Assembly (NCBI RefSeq): GCF_050219315.1
Contig: NZ_CP116939.1
Coordinates: 85,961-117,960, forward strand
DNA: 32,000 bases
Direction: 5' to 3'
Source: Megasphaera sueciensis
GTDB lineage: Bacteria > Bacillota > Negativicutes > Veillonellales > Megasphaeraceae
Below the pieces are notes generated by a model. That model ran no database searches. It had not been told where the DNA came from and saw nothing but the letters and a program-made list of their open reading frames with translations. This document shows, in pieces, positions 8,637 to 16,833 of this stretch; positions within the stretch are counted from its first letter, which is position 1, and each line of letters starts with the position of its first letter. The position numbers were made by a program, and so were the translations under genes.

Positions 8637-8660
8637 TTGCTGCCAAGGAGGTGACGCTGT

Positions 8661-10262
8661 TTGCGAACGCTGAAACGCTATCGATCCACGAAATTCAAGG
8701 CTAAGGATTCCAAATACAACAAGACCATGGCGGATTATGCCGTTTCCTTTATCGAATGTCTCTGCCACACCAAGGGCACCTGGGCAGGGAAGCCGTTTGA
8801 GTTGATCGACTGGCAGGAACAGATTATCCGTGATGTGTTTGGCATCTTAAAGCCGAACGGCTATCGGCAGTTCAATACCGCCTACATCGAGATTCCTAAA
8901 AAGCAGGGCAAGTCAGAACTGGCGGCAGCGGTAGCACTCCTTTTGTGCTGCGGCGACGGGGAACAACGTGCCGAAGTGTATGGCTGTGCCGCCGACCGTC
9001 AGCAGGCATCCATTGTCTTTGAAGTAGCGGCAGATATGGTGCGGATGTGTCCGGCCTTATCAAAGCGGGTAAAACTCCTGGCTTCGCAGAAGCGGATCAT
9101 CTACCTTCCCACGCACAGCTTTTATCAGGTGTTATCCGCCGATGCCTATAGCAAGCATGGCTTTAACGTAAGCGGCGTAATCTTCGATGAGCTGCACACG
9201 CAGCCGAACCGGAAGCTGTTTGATGTCATGACCAAAGGCTCCGGCGATGCCCGGACGCAGCCGTTGTATTTCCTGATTACGACAGCCGGAACGGACACCC
9301 ACTCCATCTGCTATGAAACCCACCAGAAAGCACTGGATATTATCGCAGGCCGGAAGATAGATGCCACCTTCTATCCGGTGATATACGGTGCCAAGGACAC
9401 CGATGACTGGACGGATGTGAAGGTCTGGAAGAAAGCCAATCCATCGCTTGGGATTACGGTCGGCATGGATAAGGTCAAGGCAGCCTGTGAGTCTGCCAGA
9501 CAGAATCCTGCCGAGGAGAATGCCTTCCGGCAGCTTCGCCTGAACCAATGGGTCAAGCAGGCGATCCGCTGGATGCCGATGGAAAAATGGGATGCCTGCG
9601 CGTTTCCTGTACAGCCGGATGAATTAAAAGGACGCGTCTGCTACGGCGGACTGGACTTATCCTCCACCACGGATATTACAGCCTTCGTACTGGTGTTTCC
9701 GCCGCAGGATGAAGCAGACAACTATGTCGTGCTGCCCTACTTCTGGATACCGGAAGAAAACGTGTCGCTGCGTGTCCGGCGAGATCATGTTCCTTATGAC
9801 GTATGGCAGAAGCAGGGATTCCTGCACACGACGGAAGGAAACGTCGTCCATTACGGCTACATCGAAAAGTTCATCGAAACCATGGGCGAACAGTACAACA
9901 TCCGCGAGATCGCCTTTGACCGCTGGGGCGCGGTGCAGATGGTGCAAAACCTCGAGGGTATGGGATTTACCGTCGTCCCGTTCGGGCAGGGGTTCAAAGA
10001 TATGAGTCCTCCCACCAAGGAACTGATGAAGCTGACGCTGGAAAAGAAGATCGCCCACGGCGGCCATCCGGTACTGCGCTGGATGATGGACAATATCTTC
10101 ATCAAATCCGATCCGGCTGGCAATATCAAGCCGGACAAGGAGAAATCCACCGAAAAGATCGACGGTGTCGTAGCTACGGTTATGGCACTCGATCGTGCCA
10201 TCCGCTGCGGCAATGACAACAGTGAAAGCGTATATGACCAAAGGGGGTTATTGATTTTATGA
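8661..10262 (+). CDS. terL: Terminase large subunit (Terminase_1 type)
   Basis: The TTG start has AAGGAGG 9 nt upstream, and an alternative ATG lies at 8727. Walker A-like KKQGKSEL and Walker B-like VIFDELH are present. 533 aa, located upstream of the portal gene. Confidence 0.9.
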   Translation: MRTLKRYRSTKFKAKDSKYNKTMADYAVSFIECLCHTKGTWAGKPFELIDWQEQIIRDVFGILKPNGYRQFNTAYIEIPKKQGKSELAAAVALLLCCGDGEQRAEVYGCAADRQQASIVFEVAADMVRMCPALSKRVKLLASQKRIIYLPTHSFYQVLSADAYSKHGFNVSGVIFDELHTQPNRKLFDVMTKGSGDARTQPLYFLITTAGTDTHSICYETHQKALDIIAGRKIDATFYPVIYGAKDTDDWTDVKVWKKANPSLGITVGMDKVKAACESARQNPAEENAFRQLRLNQWVKQAIRWMPMEKWDACAFPVQPDELKGRVCYGGLDLSSTTDITAFVLVFPPQDEADNYVVLPYFWIPEENVSLRVRRDHVPYDVWQKQGFLHTTEGNVVHYGYIEKFIETMGEQYNIREIAFDRWGAVQMVQNLEGMGFTVVPFGQGFKDMSPPTKELMKLTLEKKIAHGGHPVLRWMMDNIFIKSDPAGNIKPDKEKSTEKIDGVVATVMALDRAIRCGNDNSESVYDQRGLLIL

Positions 10263-11512
10263 GTATATTCCAACGTATATGGGGCAAAAAATCACGTGAC
10301 AAGCCGAAAAACTACCTGTCTACGGCGTTTACGTTCCTGTTCGGCCCGACCTCCTCCGGAAATGTGGTGACGGAACGGACCGCTATGCAGACAACGGCAG
10401 TTTATGCCTGTGTCCGGGTGCTGTCCGAGGCCATTGCCGGACTGCCGCTCAATATGTACCGCTATACACCGGATGGCGGCAAGGAAAAAGCCATCAATCA
10501 TCCTCTATATAGGTTGCTCCATGATGCACCCAATCCGGAGATGACGAGCTTCATATTTCGGGAAACCCTCATGAGCCATCTTCTCTTATGGGGCAATGCC
10601 TATGCACAGATCATCCGGAACGGCACCGGGCAGACGATTGCACTGTACCCGCTGCTGCCCAACAAGATGGATGTCAGCCGGGCCGCGAACGGTCAGCTTA
10701 TCTACACCTACTCCAAGGACTCGGATGAATTCGGTGCAAATAACCGTTGTCAGCAGATTGTCCTGTCGCAGGACGAGGTGCTGCATGTTCCGGGACTTGG
10801 GTTTGACGGACTTATCGGTTACAGTCCGATCGCCATGGCCAAGAATGCCATCGGCATGTCGCTGGCAGCCGAGCAGTACGGCGCGTTATTCTTTGCCAAC
10901 GGCGCTACACCGGGCGGCATCTTAGAGCATCCGGGCATCGTGAAGGATCCGGTCAAGCTGCGGGAAAGCTGGCATGCCCAATTTTCCGGTACAAACCGGC
11001 ATAATGTGGCCGTGTTGGAGGAAGGCATGACCTTCCAACAGTTATCCATCCCGCCGGATCAGGCGCAGTTCCTTGAAACGCGGAAATTTCAGATCGACGA
11101 AATCGCCCGTATCTTCCGGGTGCCGCCGCATATGGTCGGGGATCTGGAGAAATCCACCTTCTCCAATATCGAACAGCAGTCGCTGGAATTTGTCAAATAC
11201 ACCTTGAATCCCTGGTGCGTCCGCTGGGAACAGGCCATGAATCAGCAGTTGGTGCTGCCGTCGGAGCGCTCGCAGGTCTTTACGAAGTTTAATGTGGACG
11301 GCCTGCTGCGCGGTGATTACCAGAGCCGCATGAACGGCTATGCCATCGGCAGGCAGAACGGCTGGCTCTCCGCCAACGACATCCGGGAGCTTGAGGATAT
11401 GAACCGCATCCCTTCCGAGCAGGGCGGCGATACGTATCTAGTCAACGGCAATATGCTGCCGCTGGACCAGGCAGGAAAATTTTATACCGAAAGCGAGAGA
11501 AAAACACCATGA
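10259..11512 (+). CDS. Portal protein, HK97 family
   Basis: ATGA overlap with terL. 417 aa, with TAVYACVRVLSEAIAGLP and LLWGNAY motifs typical of HK97-type portals. Confidence 0.9.
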   Translation: MSIFQRIWGKKSRDKPKNYLSTAFTFLFGPTSSGNVVTERTAMQTTAVYACVRVLSEAIAGLPLNMYRYTPDGGKEKAINHPLYRLLHDAPNPEMTSFIFRETLMSHLLLWGNAYAQIIRNGTGQTIALYPLLPNKMDVSRAANGQLIYTYSKDSDEFGANNRCQQIVLSQDEVLHVPGLGFDGLIGYSPIAMAKNAIGMSLAAEQYGALFFANGATPGGILEHPGIVKDPVKLRESWHAQFSGTNRHNVAVLEEGMTFQQLSIPPDQAQFLETRKFQIDEIARIFRVPPHMVGDLEKSTFSNIEQQSLEFVKYTLNPWCVRWEQAMNQQLVLPSERSQVFTKFNVDGLLRGDYQSRMNGYAIGRQNGWLSANDIRELEDMNRIPSEQGGDTYLVNGNMLPLDQAGKFYTESERKTP

Positions 11513-12219
11513 AGAAATTCTGGAACTGGAATACTGATGACGATACAGGGCGCATCCTTACTATTGACGGTACCATTGCCGAGGAAAGCTGGTTTGACGA
11601 CGACATAACGCCGAAGCTGTTTAAAAACGAGCTGGCATCCGGGCAGGGCAATGTCACCTTGTGGCTGAACTCGCCCGGCGGCGACTGCGTAGCGGCCAGC
11701 CAGATCTATGCCATGCTGATGGATTATGCCGGACAGGTCCATGTCAATATCGACGGGATTGCGGCTTCGGCTGCCTCCGTGATTGCCATGGCAGGTACGA
11801 GCGTCAATATGGCACCGACTGCACTGATGATGATCCATAATCCGTTCACGATCGCTATGGGCGATACTGATGAAATGGAACGGGCCATCGCTATGCTGTC
11901 CGAGGTTAAGGAATCCATTATCAATGCCTATGAGTTAAAGACCGGCCTTTCCCGCACCCAGCTATCCCATCTGATGGATGCCGAGACCTGGATGAATGCA
12001 GGAAAAGCAATCGAGCTTGGTTTTGCTGACAGCATTTTGACTGATAGCGATAGTAAACAGATGCATGATGCTGCCGGTATGAGAAGTTACTCTTTTTCCC
12101 GGCGGCAGGTCACCAATGCATTATTGAACAAGGCCATCGCCAAGAAATCAAGAATGAAAACAGAATCCCGTATATCCGTAGCGTCGCTGCAGCAGCGGCT
12201 GTCGCTCTTAACACATTAA
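11509..12219 (+). CDS. Prohead maturation protease, ClpP/S14-like
   Basis: ATGA overlap with the portal gene. Motifs LWLNSPGGD and GIAASAASVIAMAG give a ClpP-like serine site. Confidence 0.85.
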   Translation: MKKFWNWNTDDDTGRILTIDGTIAEESWFDDDITPKLFKNELASGQGNVTLWLNSPGGDCVAASQIYAMLMDYAGQVHVNIDGIAASAASVIAMAGTSVNMAPTALMMIHNPFTIAMGDTDEMERAIAMLSEVKESIINAYELKTGLSRTQLSHLMDAETWMNAGKAIELGFADSILTDSDSKQMHDAAGMRSYSFSRRQVTNALLNKAIAKKSRMKTESRISVASLQQRLSLLTH

Positions 12220-12233
12220 ATGGAGGTACCAAT

Positions 12234-13430
12234 ATGAGTAAACTATTAGAACTGCAGGAAAAACGCGCTATTATCTGGGAACAGGCCAAGGCCTTCCTGG
12301 ATGAAAAGCAGGCAGCCGGTGACACGCTTTCCACCGAAGATGCTGCCACCTATGACAAGATGGAAGCCGATGTCATGGCACTGGGCAAGGAAATCGACAG
12401 GCTGAAAACGCAGGCTGCCATCGATCTTGAATTACGCAAGCCGACCTCGACCGCTATCGTTAACCAGCCTGCAAAACAGGATGCAACTAAGCATGGCAGG
12501 TTCAGCGACGCCTATGCGCCCGCCTTTTGGGACAGCATGCGCGGCAAGTCCCGTCCGGAAATCCGGAACACCTTAAAGGAAGGGGCTGATCCACAGGGCG
12601 GCTACCTCGTACCGGACGAATTTGAACGGACGCTGATTCAGATGCTGGCTGAGGAAAATGTGCTGCGCTCCCTGTCCCATGTGATCCAGACTGCCAGCGG
12701 CGACCATAAGATTCCGGTCGTTGCCAGCGAAGGAACCGCAGCATGGACGGATGAAGAAGCCGCCTACACGGAAAGCAACACCACCTTCGGCCAGGTGTCC
12801 ATCGGGGCGCATAAACTGGGTACGCTCGTCAAGGTGTCCGAAGAACTGTTGAACGATTCCGCCTTCGACCTGGAAGGATATATGGCACAGGAGTTTGCCC
12901 GCAGGCTGGGCAATGCCGAGGAAGAAGCCTTTCTCACCGGCACCGGAACGGATCGTCCGTCCGGCATCCTTGTCGATGCCGCCGGTGCTTCGGATGGCTC
13001 GACTGCTGCATCCGCTACGGCCATTACCTTCGACGATTTGATCGAGTTGTACTATTCGCTCCGTGAACCGTACCGCAAATCAGCTACATTGTTGCTGCAT
13101 GAAAACACCGTCAAGGCTATCCGGAAATTGAAGGATACGCAGGGCCAGTACATCTGGCAGCCTTCCGTCAGTGCCGATGTGCCGGATAAGATTCTGAACT
13201 GCCCGGTTGTCACCAGCCGGTATATGCCGCAGATGGCAGCCGACGCCAAGACGGTGCTGTTCGGTGACTTTTCCTACTACTGGATTGCCGACCGGCAGGG
13301 CCGCACCTTTAAGCGTTTGAATGAATTATACGCGGTTACCGGTCAGGTCGGTTTTCTCGGCTCCCAGCGTGTCGATGCCAAGATTGTATTGCCGGAGGCC
13401 ATCAAGACGCTCAAACAGGCCAGCAAATAA
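12234..13430 (+). CDS. Major capsid protein, HK97 fold family
   Basis: 398 aa with an N-terminal coiled-coil (delta/scaffold-like) region and a PQGGYLVPDEF motif. It sits after the protease gene. Confidence 0.9.
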   Translation: MSKLLELQEKRAIIWEQAKAFLDEKQAAGDTLSTEDAATYDKMEADVMALGKEIDRLKTQAAIDLELRKPTSTAIVNQPAKQDATKHGRFSDAYAPAFWDSMRGKSRPEIRNTLKEGADPQGGYLVPDEFERTLIQMLAEENVLRSLSHVIQTASGDHKIPVVASEGTAAWTDEEAAYTESNTTFGQVSIGAHKLGTLVKVSEELLNDSAFDLEGYMAQEFARRLGNAEEEAFLTGTGTDRPSGILVDAAGASDGSTAASATAITFDDLIELYYSLREPYRKSATLLLHENTVKAIRKLKDTQGQYIWQPSVSADVPDKILNCPVVTSRYMPQMAADAKTVLFGDFSYYWIADRQGRTFKRLNELYAVTGQVGFLGSQRVDAKIVLPEAIKTLKQASK

Positions 13431-13448
13431 CGGAAGGAAGGTGGCAGC

Positions 13449-13724
13449 ATGGCAGTAACACGGGACGAAGCTAAATTATATCTCCGTATTGATAATGATG
13501 TGGAGGATGCTTTGATCGACAATTTGATTCAGTCCTCCACGACGACGGTGGAAAATGTACTGCGCCATCCGTTAAGCGACTACTCTACATTGCCGGAGGA
13601 CATCAAGACGGCCATTCTGTATGGTGTGGCTTATCTGTATGAAAATCGGGATACAGCGGACTTCGATGCCATGATCAAGCTCATGCGGGCCATGCTGTTC
13701 TCCTACCGGGATGAGGTGTTCTAA
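13449..13724 (+). CDS. Head-tail connector (gp6-like, Phage_connect_1 type)
   Basis: 91 aa with AKLYLRIDNDVEDALIDNLI, typical of this family. It sits after the capsid gene. Confidence 0.7.
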   Translation: MAVTRDEAKLYLRIDNDVEDALIDNLIQSSTTTVENVLRHPLSDYSTLPEDIKTAILYGVAYLYENRDTADFDAMIKLMRAMLFSYRDEVF

Positions 13725-14041
13725 TGGATATCGGGGAAATGAAGCAGCGGATTGAGTTTGTAGTGGAGGAGAACGTCTCTGATGGCCAGGGTGGTTACGA
13801 CACTACCCTGGTCAGCAAGGGCAGTACCTGGGCCAAGGTGACCAATATCCACGGTGGGGAGTATTTCTTCGCTGCCGCCGTGCATCTGGAAAAGGATGTG
13901 TCGTTTGTCATCCGGTACCGATCGGACATCACGGAAACATGGTTCATCAAGTTCCGCGGTCAGAAGTACAACATCCAGTTTATCGATAATGTAAAATACG
14001 GGGACCAGTATCTTGAAATCAAGGCTACATTGGCGGGGTGA
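13724..14041 (+). CDS. Head closure / head-tail adaptor protein (SPP1 gp16-like)
   Basis: TAATG overlap with the previous gene. 105 aa, with SDGQGGY and a WAKV...FVIRYR pattern. Confidence 0.7.
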   Translation: MDIGEMKQRIEFVVEENVSDGQGGYDTTLVSKGSTWAKVTNIHGGEYFFAAAVHLEKDVSFVIRYRSDITETWFIKFRGQKYNIQFIDNVKYGDQYLEIKATLAG

Positions 14042-14047
14042 TGATTA

Positions 14048-14434
14048 ATGACATGGAATGAAATACGAATCGGGTGCGCGGCAGTCGGTGCCTGGTTGGG
14101 ATGGTTCATCGGCGGCTTCGACAATCTGTTCTATGCCCTGCTGACGTTTGTCTGCCTGGACTATATTACCGGTGTGCTATGCGCCTGCAGGGAACGGCAG
14201 CTATCCAGTGAGATCGGCTTTATAGGCATCTGCCGGAAGGTGCTTCTTTTTGTACTCGTCGGTGTCGCTCATACGTTGGATGCGACGATGCTCGGCTCCG
14301 GCAGCGCATTACGGACCGCCACCATCTTGTTCTACCTGTCCAACGAGGGACTTTCCATTGTGGAAAATGCCGCACGGATGGGACTTCCCATACCAGACCG
14401 GCTGCAGGAAGCATTGAAGCAGCTGCGAAAATAA
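14048..14434 (+). CDS. Holin, phage_holin_4_1 / TcdE-like family
   Basis: 128 aa with several hydrophobic helices. It has LDYITG and a C-terminal NEGLSIVENAARMGLPIP motif characteristic of this holin family. Confidence 0.8.
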   Translation: MTWNEIRIGCAAVGAWLGWFIGGFDNLFYALLTFVCLDYITGVLCACRERQLSSEIGFIGICRKVLLFVLVGVAHTLDATMLGSGSALRTATILFYLSNEGLSIVENAARMGLPIPDRLQEALKQLRK

Positions 14435-14447
14435 AAATATATACCTT

Positions 14448-14488
14448 GGATCTGCTGGAGTCTCATCACTCTGGCAGGTCCTTTTTTT
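14448..14488 (+). terminator. Rho-independent terminator ending the head/lysis operon
   Basis: ggatctgctggag (14448-14460) pairs with ctctggcaggtcc (14469-14481), 13 bp including 3 wobbles, followed by TTTTTTT. Confidence 0.6.
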
Positions 14489-14570
14489 ATGTCTTGGGTT
14501 CTTAATTGATATCTATCTGTCCTTTTACTTATAGAGGCAATTACCTCGTAACGATTAGGAGGTGTCCAAT

Positions 14571-14966
14571 ATGACGGACGATGAGAAAAGGCAGATTATC
14601 GTTTTACGCCGAGACGGTCTGGGATACGGGAAAATAGCACAGCAAACAGGTGTTTCAATGAATACAGTCAAGTCATTCTGCCGACGGAGCAACTTGATAG
14701 TTTCTATTGGTGGAAAATCGGTGTGTGAATGCTGCGGCAAGCAGATAGAACAGGCCCCGGGACGAAAGCAGAAACGCTTTTGCTCGGATAGTTGCAGAAA
14801 CAAGTGGTGGAACGGGCATCTTGACTTGGTGAAGCGAAAGGCAGTCTATACCTTTACCTGTCCGAACTGCGGCAAGGTATTTAAAGCTTACGGAAATAGT
14901 CAACGGAAATTTTGCTGCCATGCCTGTTATATTGCGTACCGTTTCGGCGGTGGTCGCCATGGATAA
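14571..14966 (+). CDS. HTH (resolvase/sigma-r4-like) protein with two Cys-rich zinc-ribbon-like modules
   Basis: ATG 14571 has AGGAGG 9 nt upstream. The N-terminus is LRRDGLGYGKIAQQTGVSMNTVKSF. Downstream are CECCGK...RFCSDSCRNKWW and CPNCGK...KFCCHACY. Confidence 0.6.
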   Translation: MTDDEKRQIIVLRRDGLGYGKIAQQTGVSMNTVKSFCRRSNLIVSIGGKSVCECCGKQIEQAPGRKQKRFCSDSCRNKWWNGHLDLVKRKAVYTFTCPNCGKVFKAYGNSQRKFCCHACYIAYRFGGGRHG

Positions 14967-15120
14967 GAAAACCTTTCAAAATGAAGCGGTGTTCCTGATG
15001 ACATTGCATCTGATGCAGTTGATGCGTGATGAAAAACTTATCACGGAGAGTGAATATCATATAGCAGAGCGCCAGATGATCGAAAAATATCAGCCTTTTT
15101 CCAGCTCGTTATACACTTGA
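14959..15120 (+). CDS. Small helical protein, a possible recombination accessory factor
   Basis: 53 codons from ATG 14959, overlapping the previous stop (ATGGATAA). It lies immediately upstream of the recombinase pair. I do not recognise the family. Confidence 0.35.
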   Translation: MDKKTFQNEAVFLMTLHLMQLMRDEKLITESEYHIAERQMIEKYQPFSSSLYT

Positions 15121-15169
15121 TAATTGTATCAAACAGAGTGATATATAGTGTTGGAAAGGAGTGAATTCT

Positions 15170-16819
15170 ATGCGAAAGACAATCCTAAAAATCGAGCATC
15201 CGATATCACCGTTCAAAAAACGGAAGAAAGTAGCAGCCTATGCCCGTGTTTCCGTGGAATCGGAACGGATGCAGCATTCACTTTCGGCACAGGTCAGCTA
15301 TTACAGCAGCTTTATCCAGAAAAATCCTGAATGGGAATATGCCGGTGTCTATGCGGACTATGGCATTTCCGGTACGGGAATGGCGAAGCGAGATGCATTC
15401 AACAAAATGATCGCTGTTGCAGAAGCAGGGAAAATCGATATTATCCTTACAAAAGCTATCCAGCGGTTTGCCAGAAATACGGTTGACCTTTTGAACACGG
15501 TACGACATTTAAAGGATATCGGCGTCGAAGTATGGTTTGAAAAGGAAAACATCCATACCCTGAGCGGCGAAGGTGAGCTGATGCTGACCATCCTTGCATC
15601 CTTTGCCCAGGAAGAAAGCCGGTCCATTAGCGAGAATATCAAATGGCGGGTGAAGAAACGGTTTCAACAGGGCATGCCGTCTGCGAAGTTCTTCATCTAT
15701 GGCTATCGATGGGAAGGGGATAAACTCGTAATTGTTCCTGAGGAAGCAGCTGTTGTAAAGCGAATATACCAAAATTTTCTTGACGGGAAATCACGGGTTG
15801 AGACAAGACGAGAGCTTGCGGCGAAGGGCATCAAAACCAGGCATGGTAATAACTGGGGTGATCCCAGCATCAAGCAGGTACTTACCAATATTACCTATAC
15901 CGGCAATCTTCTGCTCCAGAAAACATATATAGAAGATCCTATTACCAAAAAAGAACGGAAAAACCGTGGCGAGAGGACAAAGTATTTTGTTGAAAATTCT
16001 CATGAAGCTATTATTGATAAGAAAACGTTCGATTATGTACAGAAAGAAATGGCGCGCCGGTGTAAATTAGGGCCATTTGCTAACAAATCACTACATACGA
16101 CGTGTTTTACAGGAAAAATAAAATGCGGCATTTGTGGGAAAAGTTACGTCAGTAGCAAGCGAAAATATAAAGGGCGGCATATCGGGTACTGGGGATGTAC
16201 ATCCCATAAATATAAAGGAAAAAACTGTGGTGCAAAAGGGGCTATCCCACAAATCGTGCTGGAACGGGAGTGCGCGGCTGTCCTTGGCCTGCAGAATTTT
16301 GATAAAAATGTATTTCTTGAAAAAGTTGATACCATCACTGTGCCGGAATATCATGTCTTGGTATTTAACATGAAAGATGGTCAGAAAATTATCAGGCACT
16401 GGGAATCGACTGCAAACAAGGATCGCTGGACGGAAAAACTCAAGGACAGACAGCGGGTTTGGACGAAGCAGTACCGGATGAGTGGTAAATCAGAACGATA
16501 TTCTACTTTTACGGATCGCATTTTGTGTGTACGATGCCATGTCTGCTTTAAACGCTGTCTGGATAAACGGAAAAACGGAAGCATCGCTTATTGGCGATGC
16601 AAGCTCTCAGGGAAATCCTGCAAGGTTCCGGGTATACGGGAAGAACCATTGAAGCAGATTGCAGCAAAGGTGCTCGGCCTGTCAGTATTTGATGATGCTG
16701 CATTCCAAAAACAGATAGATCATATTGAAACTGGAAAAGCTGATGAACTGACTTTTTGTTTTACCGATGGCAGGAGAAAAAGCTGCCGCTGGCCACCGGT
16801 TAAAACGGAAAATTGCTGA
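15170..16819 (+). CDS. Large serine recombinase (resolvase N-domain + recombinase + zinc-ribbon domains)
   Basis: ATG 15170 follows GGAAAGGAG. Motifs seen are AAYARVSVES..SLSAQ (catalytic Ser region), ILTKAIQRFARNTVD and LASFAQEESRSISENIKW, plus Cys clusters CGICGK / CKLSGKSC. Confidence 0.9.
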   Translation: MRKTILKIEHPISPFKKRKKVAAYARVSVESERMQHSLSAQVSYYSSFIQKNPEWEYAGVYADYGISGTGMAKRDAFNKMIAVAEAGKIDIILTKAIQRFARNTVDLLNTVRHLKDIGVEVWFEKENIHTLSGEGELMLTILASFAQEESRSISENIKWRVKKRFQQGMPSAKFFIYGYRWEGDKLVIVPEEAAVVKRIYQNFLDGKSRVETRRELAAKGIKTRHGNNWGDPSIKQVLTNITYTGNLLLQKTYIEDPITKKERKNRGERTKYFVENSHEAIIDKKTFDYVQKEMARRCKLGPFANKSLHTTCFTGKIKCGICGKSYVSSKRKYKGRHIGYWGCTSHKYKGKNCGAKGAIPQIVLERECAAVLGLQNFDKNVFLEKVDTITVPEYHVLVFNMKDGQKIIRHWESTANKDRWTEKLKDRQRVWTKQYRMSGKSERYSTFTDRILCVRCHVCFKRCLDKRKNGSIAYWRCKLSGKSCKVPGIREEPLKQIAAKVLGLSVFDDAAFQKQIDHIETGKADELTFCFTDGRRKSCRWPPVKTENC

Positions 16820-16833
16820 ACACATAAGGGGAA

